From Patescibacteria group bacterium (GTDB taxonomy: Bacteria > Acidobacteriota > Aminicenantia > UBA2199): a stretch of DNA of 64,000 nt. The translations under genes and the position numbers were made by a program. The stretch's first letter is position 1; the number at the start of each line of letters is the position of its first letter. The DNA lies in contig DATKZA010000014.1 in NCBI GenBank assembly GCA_035528155.1, forward strand, positions 419 to 64,418, given 5' to 3'. Under the pieces are notes generated by a model that did no database searches, was not told where the DNA came from, and saw only the letters and a list, made by a program, of their open reading frames with translations. This document shows, piece after piece, positions 28,164 to 38,183 of this stretch.

Positions 28164-28192
28164 TTGAATTTTATGAAGAAATATGCTATAAA
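28164..28192 (+). promoter_or_regulatory. Sigma70-like promoter upstream of bamA
   Basis: TTGAAT (28164-28169), a 17-nt spacer, then TATAAA (28187-28192). Confidence 0.35.
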
Positions 28193-28224
28193 ATTACATT
28201 CAGTCCATTTTTTACGAGGTTGTC

Positions 28225-30537
28225 ATGCTTAAAAAACTGCCGTTGCTGGTGATGGTATTGTTGGGCACGCAATTTTTGGGTGCCGATATCATCCAAAAAA
28301 TTCAAGTTGAAGGCAACAAAAAGGTCTCACGCGAAACCATTCAATTTTATATGAAGTCACGTGAGGGCGGTGTGTATGATGCGCAAAAACTGAAGGATGA
28401 TTTCAAGGCCCTGTGGGAAACCGGTTTTTTTAATGATATCCGCTTTGAATCGGAAAATGGCGACAGTGGAAAGATCGTGCGTCTGATCCTGGCGGAAAAT
28501 CCGTTGATTTCTTCCGTGACCTACAAAACCGGAAAAAAAGTAAAGGAAAGTGATATTGTTGAAAAACTGCAGAACAGCAACATCATCCTGCAGGCTTTTT
28601 CTTATTACAGTCCGGCCAAGATCCGCAAGGTAAAAAAGATCATCACCGACATGCTGCTGGAAAAGGGCTACAACCAGGCAGCGGTCACCATCGACGAAAA
28701 GAAAGAAAACGAACAGGTCGCTCTGACCATCCAGGTCGATTCGGGTTCCAAAACCAGGATCGCCAGCGTAGTGTTCCCCGGGCTTACCAAGAAATCGGTT
28801 TCCCCCGGTTTTTTGCGTCGGGGTATGAAGAACAACCAGACTCACAATATCTTTTCCCATATCGGCGGCAAGGATGTCTACAACAATGAGAAGATAAACG
28901 AAGACCTGGAGGAGATCCGGCTGCGCTTGCAGCAAAAAGGCTATCTTGAGGCCAAGATCGGGACCCCTGAATTCAGCATGATCAACAAGAAGACCGTTTT
29001 CGGCAAGCTGCAGAAAATGCTCAAGATCAGCATCCCCGTGGATCTCGGCCCGCGCTACCGGGTGGGAAATATTGCCCTGGAAGGCAACAAGATCATTCGC
29101 AGTGATTTTTTAAAAAGCCTGATTACCATTAAAAGCGGTCAGGTCTACAACATCAAGAAGCGCAACAAGTTCATCGAGGAGATACAGAAGTTCTATGGCG
29201 GCATCGGCTATTTTTATGCACAGGTCGTGCCGAGCGAAAATCTGGACCCGGTCAAGCAGACGGCCGATCTGACCATCAATATCCAGGAAAATGATGTTGT
29301 TTACCTTGGCAAGCTCGAATTCACCGGTAACACCTTTACCAAAGACCATGTCATTCGCCGCGAATGGTTCCTGCGCGAAGGCCGGCGCTTGAACATCAAC
29401 TCCCTGGAGGATTCTATCAAGCGCATGAAACAATTGGGCCTGGTCACCGTCGAAAAAATGCCCGACATCAAGGCTGATCCACAGGATCCGCAGAAAATAA
29501 ACATCACCGCTGAAGTCAAGGAACTGAATCGGCAAATGATCAATTTCAATGTCGGCTACAGCGGTTATGAGGGTTGGTTCGTCGCTTTGGGTTATTCGAC
29601 CCAGAATTTTCTGGGCATGGGCGAATCGTTCACCCTGAACCTGCAAAGCGGCACCCGGGCCAAGAACTACCAGTTCGCTTTCGTTGAGCCTTATCTGTTC
29701 AATTTGCCGGCCAATTTCGGCATTGACATCTTCAAAACCTCATACCGCTATCCCTACATGTATACCCGCGAAGGAGAAGGCTTCAACATTTCCACTTCGG
29801 CCCGTTTCTGGAAATATTGGGGCACATCGATTATTTATAGTATGGAAAATATTTCGATCAGCGACATCTATGAAGATTATCAATTTATGAATTCTTATGC
29901 TTCCTATTATTATTCCGAGGGCAAGAGAAGAATTTCCGCATTGGCACCCACCTTATATTACTCCACGGTGGATTCGCCCATATTCCCCAGTTCCGGCAGC
30001 AAATTCCTGGCCACTTACCGCTATTCCGGTGGTTTCCTTGGCGGGGACATCAATCTGCACAAACTGAAATTAGAGCTGGTCAGGTTCCAGCCCATATGGA
30101 AAAGGCACGTGCTGGGTATACATGCCATGTATGAAGGCTTGGCGCCGTTCGGCGGCCGGGCAACTCCTTTTTATGAAAGGTTTTTCTTGGGCGGCGAACG
30201 TTCCATTCGCGGTTTTGACATTTACAATCTCGGCCCCCGCGACAAGAACGGCAATGTTGTTGGCGGCAATAAATCTTTTTTACTCAACTTTGAATACGCC
30301 ATCCCCCTGACCCAGCAATTTTCCTTTGTCTTTTTCTATGATGTCGGCAACTCTTATGAAGTCGGCATGCCCATTAAACTGAAAGATGTCTATTCATCAG
30401 CGGGACTTGAACTGAAAATATTCGTGCCCATGCTCAACGTACCCTTCCGCCTGATCTTCGCCTACAATCCCAGAATCCTGAGAAGCGAGGACCAGCATTT
30501 TGTCTTTAAATTCGCCGTAGGGCCATCATTTTATTAA
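28225..30537 (+). CDS. bamA: Outer membrane protein assembly factor BamA (Omp85, POTRA repeats + beta-barrel)
   Basis: 770 aa with a signal peptide, I..I.V.GN..V POTRA starts, a barrel with FFLGG.RS.RGF, and a C-terminal ...FAVGPSFY. Confidence 0.92.
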   Translation: MLKKLPLLVMVLLGTQFLGADIIQKIQVEGNKKVSRETIQFYMKSREGGVYDAQKLKDDFKALWETGFFNDIRFESENGDSGKIVRLILAENPLISSVTYKTGKKVKESDIVEKLQNSNIILQAFSYYSPAKIRKVKKIITDMLLEKGYNQAAVTIDEKKENEQVALTIQVDSGSKTRIASVVFPGLTKKSVSPGFLRRGMKNNQTHNIFSHIGGKDVYNNEKINEDLEEIRLRLQQKGYLEAKIGTPEFSMINKKTVFGKLQKMLKISIPVDLGPRYRVGNIALEGNKIIRSDFLKSLITIKSGQVYNIKKRNKFIEEIQKFYGGIGYFYAQVVPSENLDPVKQTADLTINIQENDVVYLGKLEFTGNTFTKDHVIRREWFLREGRRLNINSLEDSIKRMKQLGLVTVEKMPDIKADPQDPQKINITAEVKELNRQMINFNVGYSGYEGWFVALGYSTQNFLGMGESFTLNLQSGTRAKNYQFAFVEPYLFNLPANFGIDIFKTSYRYPYMYTREGEGFNISTSARFWKYWGTSIIYSMENISISDIYEDYQFMNSYASYYYSEGKRRISALAPTLYYSTVDSPIFPSSGSKFLATYRYSGGFLGGDINLHKLKLELVRFQPIWKRHVLGIHAMYEGLAPFGGRATPFYERFFLGGERSIRGFDIYNLGPRDKNGNVVGGNKSFLLNFEYAIPLTQQFSFVFFYDVGNSYEVGMPIKLKDVYSSAGLELKIFVPMLNVPFRLIFAYNPRILRSEDQHFVFKFAVGPSFY

Positions 30538-30558
30538 GCATACAATAAGGAGAATAAC

Positions 30559-31077
30559 ATGAAAAAAAACCTGTTTCTGATCTTTGCTCTGGTCGCTCTG
30601 ACCACGTTTGTTTTCGCTGAAATCAAGATCGGCATCATCAACCCCCAGGTGGTTCTGCAGAATTCGGTCAAAGGCAAGCAAGCCATTGAAAGACTGAAAT
30701 CCCTGCAGATTTCCAAGCAGAAAAGATATGAAGCCATGCAGAAAGAGATCGATGCCCTGGAAAAAGAAACCATGTCTCCCGCTCTGAACCAGGATGCCAG
30801 GGACAGGAAAACCCAGGATTTGCAGAACAAGAGGGTCGAGATCAAGCGCTTTGCCGAAGACGCCCAGAAAGAGAGCATGACCGCGCAGCAAAAAGAATTC
30901 GAAAGTATCCAACGCGACCTGATGCCCCTCATTGAAAAAATCGCCAAAGCGGATGGTTATTCATTGGTCCTGGACCTGAACACGGCCGGTGTAACGTATT
31001 TCGAGCCCGCTATCGACATCACTGAAAAGGTAGTCCAGGCCTATGATGCCCCGTCTTCGGCCGCCCCTAAAAAATGA
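30559..31077 (+). CDS. skp: OmpH/Skp-family periplasmic chaperone
   Basis: 172 aa with a signal peptide, KIGIINPQVVLQNS and a long charged coiled-coil. It occupies the conserved position after bamA. Confidence 0.85.
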   Translation: MKKNLFLIFALVALTTFVFAEIKIGIINPQVVLQNSVKGKQAIERLKSLQISKQKRYEAMQKEIDALEKETMSPALNQDARDRKTQDLQNKRVEIKRFAEDAQKESMTAQQKEFESIQRDLMPLIEKIAKADGYSLVLDLNTAGVTYFEPAIDITEKVVQAYDAPSSAAPKK

Positions 31078-31511
31078 ACCGTATCCTGACCCTGGAAGAC
31101 ATCAAAAAGATCCTGCCCCACCGTTATCCCTTCCTGCTGGTGGACCGCGTAACTGAAATCAACGGCGAAAAATCGATCAAAGGCTATAAAAATGTCACCG
31201 GCAACGAAGAGTTTTTCTTGGGACATTTCCCGGGCAATCCAGTCATGCCCGGGGTGCTGGTGATTGAAGCCCTGGCCCAATTGGGAGCCGTGCTTTTGAT
31301 GCAGCGGTTTGTCGGCCAGAAGGTTTTCGCTTATTTTGCCGGCATCGACAAAGCCCGCTTTAAAAAACCAGTGCTTCCCGGTGATCGGCTCGATATGGAT
31401 GCGCTGGTTTTGAGAGACCGGGGGAAATTTGCCGTGATTGAAGGCAAGGCTTCTGTCGATGGCCAAGTTGCCGCGCAAGCGACCCTGATGTGCATAGTAA
31501 CGCAACAATGA
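31074..31511 (+). CDS. fabZ: 3-hydroxyacyl-ACP dehydratase
   Basis: [34 protein letters not shown]. Confidence 0.93.
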   Translation: MNRILTLEDIKKILPHRYPFLLVDRVTEINGEKSIKGYKNVTGNEEFFLGHFPGNPVMPGVLVIEALAQLGAVLLMQRFVGQKVFAYFAGIDKARFKKPVLPGDRLDMDALVLRDRGKFAVIEGKASVDGQVAAQATLMCIVTQQ

Positions 31512-32314
31512 ACCAGCCGCTGATCCACCCCACCGCCGTAATCAGCCCCAAGGCTGAATTGGGGCATGGCGTTCAGGTCGATGCCTACTCGGTCATCGGT
31601 CCCGGTGTGCGCATCGGTGACCACACCGTGGTAAAGCACCATGCCATCATAGACAAGAACACGATTGTCGGCAAAAACTGCCTGATCTTCCCCTTCTCTT
31701 CCCTGGGCACCGATCCCCAGGACTTGACCTTCAAGGGCGAAGAAACCTGGGTGCACATCGGCGATGAAAACGTCATTCGCGAGTTTATTACCATCAATCG
31801 CGGCACGGTCAAGGGTGGAGGTGTCACGCGCATCGGTGATCACAACTACTTTATGGCTTATGTTCACATCGCTCATGACTGCCAGATCGGCAGTTACATC
31901 CAGTTCGCCAATAATACCACGCTGGCCGGCCATGTGGAAGTCGAGGATTATGTCGGCGTCAGCGCTTTCTGTTCGATGCTGCAGTTCGTGCGCATCGGCC
32001 GCAACGCCTACATCGGCGGCTACAGCATCGTTTGCCAGGACATCCTTCCTTTCGCCAAGGTGGCCCAGAACCGGGAATCGTTCAGCCTGTACGGACCGAA
32101 TTCCATCGGCATGATGCGCAATGGTTTCAATCGGGATTTCATCGAGAACGTCAAGGATATCTTCCGCATCATCTACCGTTCGGACCTGAACACAACCCAG
32201 GCTGTCAAGAAGATTGTTGAGGCTCACCCTGGTATGAATGAGAGCCAGATCATCATTGATTTCATCGGCAAAACCAAAAGAGGGATCTTAAAGAATTTCC
32301 GTTCTGATGACTGA
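31508..32314 (+). CDS. lpxA: Acyl-ACP--UDP-N-acetylglucosamine O-acyltransferase
   Basis: LIHPTAVISPKAELG..V.V..Y..IG hexapeptide repeats and a helical C-terminus. I chose the ATG at 31508, which forms an ATGA overlap with the fabZ stop. Confidence 0.92.
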   Translation: MNQPLIHPTAVISPKAELGHGVQVDAYSVIGPGVRIGDHTVVKHHAIIDKNTIVGKNCLIFPFSSLGTDPQDLTFKGEETWVHIGDENVIREFITINRGTVKGGGVTRIGDHNYFMAYVHIAHDCQIGSYIQFANNTTLAGHVEVEDYVGVSAFCSMLQFVRIGRNAYIGGYSIVCQDILPFAKVAQNRESFSLYGPNSIGMMRNGFNRDFIENVKDIFRIIYRSDLNTTQAVKKIVEAHPGMNESQIIIDFIGKTKRGILKNFRSDD

Positions 32315-33116
32315 AACAGTCGGAATAATCGCCGGGGAGTCTGTTCTGCCCCTGCTGACTTGCCGCGAGGCGCGGCGCCAGGGGAAAAAGACAGTTGTTG
32401 CCGCCGTGAAAGGCCTGGCGCTGCCCGAACTTGCCCGGGAAGCCGATGTCTGGGCTGAATTTTCTCTCGGCCAGTTGGGCGGGGTCATCCGTTTTTTCAA
32501 GTGGAACGGCGTACGCCGGGCGCTGATGATCGGCCGGGTCAAGCATGCAGCCATTTTTTCCATTTGGACGATGGATGGCAAATTTTTGCGATTCCTGGCC
32601 AAGGTCAAGGATAAAACCACCACTTCACTGCTCGCCGCCCTGGCCGATTTTTTTTCGAACGAAGGAATCGAAATCATGGATTCCACTTTTTTCCTGAAGG
32701 AGTATTTGCTGGAGGCAAAAAATTACACGCCGCAAATCCGCATGAAAGATGCACTGGCCTGGGATATCGAATTCGCCTGGGAAAAAGCCTGGGGCATTGC
32801 CGCCCTGGATATCGGCCAGACCATATGCGTTAAAAACCGGGCCGTGGTGGCGGTTGAGGCCATGGAAGGCACCGACCGGACCATTGCCAGGGCGGCAGAG
32901 ATCGCCGGTCCGGGCCTGGTCGTAGCCAAGGTCAGCAGGCCAGGTCATGACATGCGTTTCGATGTGCCGGTAGTCGGGCTGAAGACCATGGGAATCCTTG
33001 AGGAATGCCGGGCGGCGGCTTTTGTGCTGGAAGCAAAAAAGACACTGATGCTGGACCAGGCAGACATGATCGACCGGGCCGGCAAAAAAAATATCGTTTT
33101 AATGGGGAAAGCATGA
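32307..33116 (+). CDS. lpxI: LpxI-family (DUF1009) UDP-2,3-diacylglucosamine diphosphatase
   Basis: 269 aa. GIIAG.S.LPLL, DIGQTICVKNRAVVAVEAMEGTDRTI and KVSRPGHDMRFDVPVVG are typical LpxI motifs. Position after lpxA fits. Confidence 0.8.
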   Translation: MTETVGIIAGESVLPLLTCREARRQGKKTVVAAVKGLALPELAREADVWAEFSLGQLGGVIRFFKWNGVRRALMIGRVKHAAIFSIWTMDGKFLRFLAKVKDKTTTSLLAALADFFSNEGIEIMDSTFFLKEYLLEAKNYTPQIRMKDALAWDIEFAWEKAWGIAALDIGQTICVKNRAVVAVEAMEGTDRTIARAAEIAGPGLVVAKVSRPGHDMRFDVPVVGLKTMGILEECRAAAFVLEAKKTLMLDQADMIDRAGKKNIVLMGKA

Positions 33117-34030
33117 GAATTGGAGTGATTGGGACCGGAGCAATGGGCAGCAACCATCTGCGGGTATTGGGCCAGTTGCCACAGTGGCGGATCACCTGCG
33201 CTGCGGATGTGAATCCTGCTAATTTGGAAAAGAACTGTCGCGGCTACGAAATCATCAAACTGGCCGATTACCGGCAGGCCCTGGAGCATGTGGACGCAGT
33301 CATGATATCGACCCCCACGCTTGAGCATTTTCCGATCTGCCGGTTTTTCCTGGAGAACGGCAAGCATGTCCTTGTGGAAAAACCGATCAGCAAAACTCTG
33401 GCTGAAGCCGACCAGATGATCGCCCTGGCTGAGCAGAAACAACTGGTTCTGGCCGTGGGGCACCTGGAAAGGTTCAACCCGGCGGTCGAATACGCTGGTC
33501 GGTTGGTGGAAAAGCCCCGCTTCATTGAAATTCAGCGCCTGGGTTCCTTTTCACCGCGTTCACTGGACATCGACGTGATCATGGATCTGATGATCCATGA
33601 CCTGGACATCATCCTGCAGTGGGACCGCTCCGGAGTCAAGGAGATCCGGGCCAGCGGTGTGCCGATCATTTCCAAAAAAATCGATATTGCCAATGTCCGA
33701 CTGGAATTCCATTCCGGCCTGGTGGCCAACCTGACTGCCAGCCGGGTTTCACAAGAAAAAACCCGTAAACTGCGCATTTTTCAAAACAACCTTTACCTTT
33801 CCGTGGATTACAAAAAAAGAAGCGTGAAAATGTTCCAGCTGCGGGATGGGCAGATCCTGGAGAATATTCCACAGATTGACGATGTGGAACCGCTTTACAA
33901 TCTTTGGCAGAATTTTTATAAAACCGTTGCCGGCAGCGGTAATTTCAACGTGAGCGGCCATGACGGCAGGGCCGCGCTGCAGTTGGCGCTGTCCATCTTG
34001 GATCGCTTGAACGCTGTCCTGGATGCTTGA
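33113..34030 (+). CDS. Gfo/Idh/MocA-family NAD(P)-dependent oxidoreductase
   Basis: MRIGVIGTGAMGSNHLRVL Rossmann start and EKP motif (VLVEKPISKT). The ATG at 33113 forms an ATGA overlap with the lpxI stop. Confidence 0.8.
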   Translation: MRIGVIGTGAMGSNHLRVLGQLPQWRITCAADVNPANLEKNCRGYEIIKLADYRQALEHVDAVMISTPTLEHFPICRFFLENGKHVLVEKPISKTLAEADQMIALAEQKQLVLAVGHLERFNPAVEYAGRLVEKPRFIEIQRLGSFSPRSLDIDVIMDLMIHDLDIILQWDRSGVKEIRASGVPIISKKIDIANVRLEFHSGLVANLTASRVSQEKTRKLRIFQNNLYLSVDYKKRSVKMFQLRDGQILENIPQIDDVEPLYNLWQNFYKTVAGSGNFNVSGHDGRAALQLALSILDRLNAVLDA

Positions 34031-35102
34031 GCAGTACATCCGGCTCCAGACCGAGAAAAAAACTTTTCCCGGAATCTCCATTTTGGTCGCCGGCGGTGGA
34101 AAGATTCTCTATGACCGCCATTTCGGGCTCAAGGCTGTTTGGCCCAAACCCCATCTTTTGGCAACTGACACATTGTATGACCTGGCTTCACTGACCAAAC
34201 CGCTGGTCAGCGCCTTTCTGGCCGTTTATCTGATCGAAAAAAAACAATTGCGGCTTGACGACGAGGTGCACCGGTTTTTTCCCGCTTTTACCTTAACGGT
34301 CACCTTGGAACAGCTGCTGACCCACAGCGCCGGTTTCAAGCCCTGGCATCCATTCTACCTGTATCGCCCCCTGGATGATCTCAGCCAGATTGCTGCGTTG
34401 AATGTCGTTGCCTGGCCCGGTGCGCAGGTTTCATACTCCGATATCGGCTATATTTTGCTACGTCGGCTGCTGGAAAAAGTATCTGGAAGCAGCTTCCGGG
34501 AGCTTGCCCAAGCCGTTATCTTCGACAGGCTTAAATTGGGCAATACTTTTTTGCTGGTGCCGGAGGAGAAAAAAACGCGCTGCGCACCCACCGAGATCGG
34601 CAATTGTTATGAAAGAGATATGTGCGCTGCTGAACATGAGGCGGCGGCGGCCTTTTTTCCCTGGCGCAGCGGATTGATCAGTGGCGAGGTGCATGACGCC
34701 AACTCTTTTTACAGCGGCGGCAGCGCCGGCAATGCCGGCCTGTTTTCCTGCGCTCACGATCTGTTTAAAATGAACCTGGAATTTTTCCCTGAAACCGCCA
34801 CATTACTGAAGAGCGATTCCATCGCCCTTTTCTGGCAGAACCGTACTCCCTGGGACAGGCAGCAGCGATCGATCGGTTTCCTGCTGAATCGGTCTCCGCA
34901 AAGTTCGGGAGGCAGGGCATTGGCCCCGGGAGCGATCGGGCACAATGGCTTTACGGGCACGTCATTGTGGCTGGAGGCGGAAAAACAACGCCAATGGATC
35001 CTGCTGACCAATCGGGTTCACCCCCGGGTGAAAAAAACGAATTTCAACACCCTGCGCCGCAAGCTGCACCGACTGCTCAAGGATGAATTGAACCTGACAT
35101 GA
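34023..35102 (+). CDS. Serine hydrolase (beta-lactamase class C / PBP4*-like esterase family)
   Basis: S-x-x-K motif ASLTKP, a YSD (Y-x-N-like) motif, and HNGFTG (K/H-T/G-G box). Confidence 0.8.
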   Translation: MLEQYIRLQTEKKTFPGISILVAGGGKILYDRHFGLKAVWPKPHLLATDTLYDLASLTKPLVSAFLAVYLIEKKQLRLDDEVHRFFPAFTLTVTLEQLLTHSAGFKPWHPFYLYRPLDDLSQIAALNVVAWPGAQVSYSDIGYILLRRLLEKVSGSSFRELAQAVIFDRLKLGNTFLLVPEEKKTRCAPTEIGNCYERDMCAAEHEAAAAFFPWRSGLISGEVHDANSFYSGGSAGNAGLFSCAHDLFKMNLEFFPETATLLKSDSIALFWQNRTPWDRQQRSIGFLLNRSPQSSGGRALAPGAIGHNGFTGTSLWLEAEKQRQWILLTNRVHPRVKKTNFNTLRRKLHRLLKDELNLT

Positions 35103-36007
35103 AACTGCTGGGTTTCCTTATTTCACTCCTGGTTCACCTTCTGTTGCTGTTGCTGATCATAACGGTTCGATTTCCGGTCCTCGAACTGGAAGTCAAACCG
35201 CAGATCATTCAGATCGTGCCGATGTCGCCGCCGCGCGCCGATATCCAGCCCCTAAGGGTCCCGGCCGCGGTCTATGCCCGGCCTTTTGTCTTGAAAGGCG
35301 GTGCCCGGGGCAATGGCCGCGGTCAGGTTTCCGGCCCAAGCACCGGGACTAGCGGGGGGTTGGCCACGATCCCTGTTTCAAAAAGGGGAAACGCTTCCCC
35401 AACCGCTCGACCCGAGCAACCCGAAACCGGGTTAGCGTCGGCCCCGGCCTCTGGATCCGCAATACCGGCCGCAACCGGCAAACGGTCAAAATTGACCGTC
35501 AACCTGGACCGTGTCGCCCAACTTTTACGCGAGCAAAAAATCGCGAGAGAACGTTCAGTCCATTCGGGATTCATCACCGACAAGACAGTTGAAGGACTGC
35601 CCTTCGGCGATCTTCCCGGCCGCGGCGAAAGCGGCGACGTGTCCCCCGGTGGGGACGTGTCCCCTGGGGGGGACGGAACGTCCAGCCATGCGCTTGGCGG
35701 CAATGCCTTTTTCGACTCCGCCGGCTACGATATCACCCCCTGGGCCAAGCGCATGGTCTACCGGGTCAAGAAAAACTGGATCTTCCCTCCGGTTTCCGAA
35801 TACGGCTTGAAAGGGGTGGTGGGCATCTACCTGCGCATTGGGCGCGACGGCTCCATCGCCAACATCCACATCCGCAAAACTTCCGGCATCAGGCCTTTCG
35901 ACCAGGCTGCCTTCAATGCCATCAAATTGAGCGCCCCCCTGCTGCCTTTGCCCGATGACTTCCCCAATGCGGATCTGCCGGCTTATTTGCTCTTTTATTA
36001 CAATTGA
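35099..36007 (+). CDS. TonB-family energy transducer
   Basis: N-terminal TM, a Pro/Gly/Ser-rich linker and a TonB C-terminal domain (...YLRIGRDGSIANIHIRKTSGIRPFDQAAFNAIK...PLP). Confidence 0.75.
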   Translation: MKLLGFLISLLVHLLLLLLIITVRFPVLELEVKPQIIQIVPMSPPRADIQPLRVPAAVYARPFVLKGGARGNGRGQVSGPSTGTSGGLATIPVSKRGNASPTARPEQPETGLASAPASGSAIPAATGKRSKLTVNLDRVAQLLREQKIARERSVHSGFITDKTVEGLPFGDLPGRGESGDVSPGGDVSPGGDGTSSHALGGNAFFDSAGYDITPWAKRMVYRVKKNWIFPPVSEYGLKGVVGIYLRIGRDGSIANIHIRKTSGIRPFDQAAFNAIKLSAPLLPLPDDFPNADLPAYLLFYYN

Positions 36008-36014
36008 AGGATCG

Positions 36015-36521
36015 CTATTCTTCCGTTTTAGACCTGTGGGCTTCCAAGCGGGCCATTTCCTGAAAACGGTGGCTGTATCTCAGGTTGGGCGGGATCAGAA
36101 ACAGCTCGGCCAGGCCGTGGTGCAGGACGATCTCGTTCAGCATCCGCCCGTCGGCCAGGTACACGTAGCCCAGCAGGCGGTAAAAGCGGTCGCGTTTTTT
36201 CACGTCGAATTCGATCCAGATCTGGCTGCCGTACCGCAGGTAGCGCTGGACGAATTCGGTTGCTTTCATGCCGCGGCTGATGACTTCGTCCGGGCTGGAG
36301 GAATCCCTCAGGGCTTCCTCGTAGACCCTGTCGTTCAAGGCCGTTTCCAGCGCGTCCAGTCCGATCAGCTTGAGTTCCTCCCATTTGCCGCCGTACAGAA
36401 TGGTCAGGGTGTCGGCACTGATGACACGGATGAGGCGGGCGGGTTCCTTATTGATTGTTTTTGTGGGCAGCTCGGCGGCGACAAATAGCATGATCAGCAA
36501 ACCCATGGCCATGGTTTTCAT
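36015..36521 (-). CDS. Secreted thermonuclease (staphylococcal nuclease/SNase-like) family protein
   Basis: Signal peptide, then V..V.DGDT-like VISADTLTILYGG, L.G.D.PE-like LIGLDALET, and YGR.L.YVY-like FYRLLGYVYLADGRMLNEIVLHHGLA. Confidence 0.7.
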   Translation of the reverse strand: MKTMAMGLLIMLFVAAELPTKTINKEPARLIRVISADTLTILYGGKWEELKLIGLDALETALNDRVYEEALRDSSSPDEVISRGMKATEFVQRYLRYGSQIWIEFDVKKRDRFYRLLGYVYLADGRMLNEIVLHHGLAELFLIPPNLRYSHRFQEMARLEAHRSKTEE

Positions 36522-36800
36522 GACACCTCCTGGCTCGGAATGACTGCGCCCGTTATATTATAATATATTTTTTCACATTTTTGCCACAGAAAAACAATCG
36601 CTTGTCTGGCGCTAAACAAAAGCCAATTTTTTTCCGTATATCATTTTCGACTGTTTTTTGTGGTAAATTATAATAAATTGATAAAATCGTTGCCTCGGAC
36701 CGCAGGAGGAATAGGCGGATGCTCATGAAAAAAGAATACTTGTCTTTCGTCAGAATGGAAAATCAGCATTAGTCTCACGGCAGACGAAAAAGGAGCCGAT

Positions 36801-38171
36801 ATGGAAGATGTGTCCGAGCAACGAGTCGCCCTGTTGGTAACCACGCTCAGTTCCCTGCTGACGCCCATGATGGGTTCGGCGGTGAACATCGCCATGCCGG
36901 CCATCGCCCAGGATTTCTCCATGGACGCCGTCCTGCTGAGCTGGGTGGCCAGTTCCTATCTTTTGGCCGCGGCCATTTTCCTGCTGCCCTTCGGCCGGCT
37001 TGCCGATATCGTCGGCCGCAAGAAAATATTCGTATACGGGACCGTTATTTTCAGCACTGCTGCGCTTCTGGCCGGTTTGGCTCCGCGGGCGAATGTTTTC
37101 CTTTTCGCCCGCCTGGTCCAGGGAATCGGCGCGGCCATGATATTCGGAACCGGCATCGCCATATTGACCTCGGTCTATCCGCCCCAGCGGCGCGGCTGGG
37201 TTTTGGGCATCAATGTGGCCGCTACTTACACGGGATTGTCTCTGGGACCGTTCGTCGGCGGCCTGCTGACCCAATATTTAGGATGGCGTTGGGTATTTTT
37301 GCTCAATGTTCCCCTGGGGGTACTGATCCTGGTGGCGGTCTGGTTGAAAATGCCCCAGGAATGGGCCGGATCCCGTGGTGAACCCTTTGATTGGAAGGGT
37401 TCCCTGGCCTACACCCTGATGCTGACCGCCTTCATGCTCGGTTTCACCTGGCTGCCGCGCTGGAAAGGGCTGGTGATGCTCCTGGCCGCAGCCGGAACCA
37501 TGCCCCTGTTTTTGATTTGGGAAGCCCGCCATAAGCATCCTATTTTTCAAGCCCGCTTGATCCGCGGCAATACGGTTTTTGCCTTTTCCAACCTGGCGGC
37601 GCTGATTAATTACAGCGCCACCTTCGCCATCACCTTCCTGTTGAGCCTATACCTGCAATACATCAAGGGATTCGATCCCCGTGCGGCCGGACTTGTGCTC
37701 ATCGCCCAGCCCGTGGTCATGGCTGCATTTTCGCCGCTGGCCGGAAGGCTTTCCGATCGGTTGGAGCCCAGGCTGGTGGCTTCGCTGGGCATGGGGGTCT
37801 CTGCCGCCGGCCTGTTTTTGTTTGTCTGGCTGAATGCCCACAGCGGCTTGGGGTTCATCGTGGCCGCCCTGATGCTGGTGGGATTCGGCTTCGCCCTTTT
37901 TTCCTCCCCTAATACCAACGCCATCATGAGCTCGGTTGATAAAAAATACTACGGCGTAGCCTCGGCGACCCTGGCTACCATGCGCATGGTGGGGCAGATG
38001 TTGAGCATGGGCATCGCCACCCTGGTTTTTTCCCTGTTCATCGGCAAGGTGCAGATCACGCCGGCCATTTATCCGCTGTTCCTCAATAGCCTAAGGGTGT
38101 CGTTTGTCGTTTTTTTTGTATTGTGCTGCTGCGGAGTATTTTTCTCCCTGGCCCGGGGTCGGCTGCGCTGA
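36801..38171 (+). CDS. MFS transporter, 14-TM DHA2 (EmrB/QacA)-like
   Basis: 456 aa. GRLADIVGRKKIF (motif A) and a polytopic profile. Confidence 0.88.
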   Translation: MEDVSEQRVALLVTTLSSLLTPMMGSAVNIAMPAIAQDFSMDAVLLSWVASSYLLAAAIFLLPFGRLADIVGRKKIFVYGTVIFSTAALLAGLAPRANVFLFARLVQGIGAAMIFGTGIAILTSVYPPQRRGWVLGINVAATYTGLSLGPFVGGLLTQYLGWRWVFLLNVPLGVLILVAVWLKMPQEWAGSRGEPFDWKGSLAYTLMLTAFMLGFTWLPRWKGLVMLLAAAGTMPLFLIWEARHKHPIFQARLIRGNTVFAFSNLAALINYSATFAITFLLSLYLQYIKGFDPRAAGLVLIAQPVVMAAFSPLAGRLSDRLEPRLVASLGMGVSAAGLFLFVWLNAHSGLGFIVAALMLVGFGFALFSSPNTNAIMSSVDKKYYGVASATLATMRMVGQMLSMGIATLVFSLFIGKVQITPAIYPLFLNSLRVSFVVFFVLCCCGVFFSLARGRLR

Positions 38172-38183
38172 CGGCCGAGTTTG

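Noticed and set aside
35625-35675. Short direct duplication GGGGACGTGTCCCC(C/T)GG in the TonB gene (encodes GDVSPGGDVSPGG)
   Set aside because: This is ordinary low-complexity linker expansion in a TonB Pro/Gly-rich spacer, not an independent feature.
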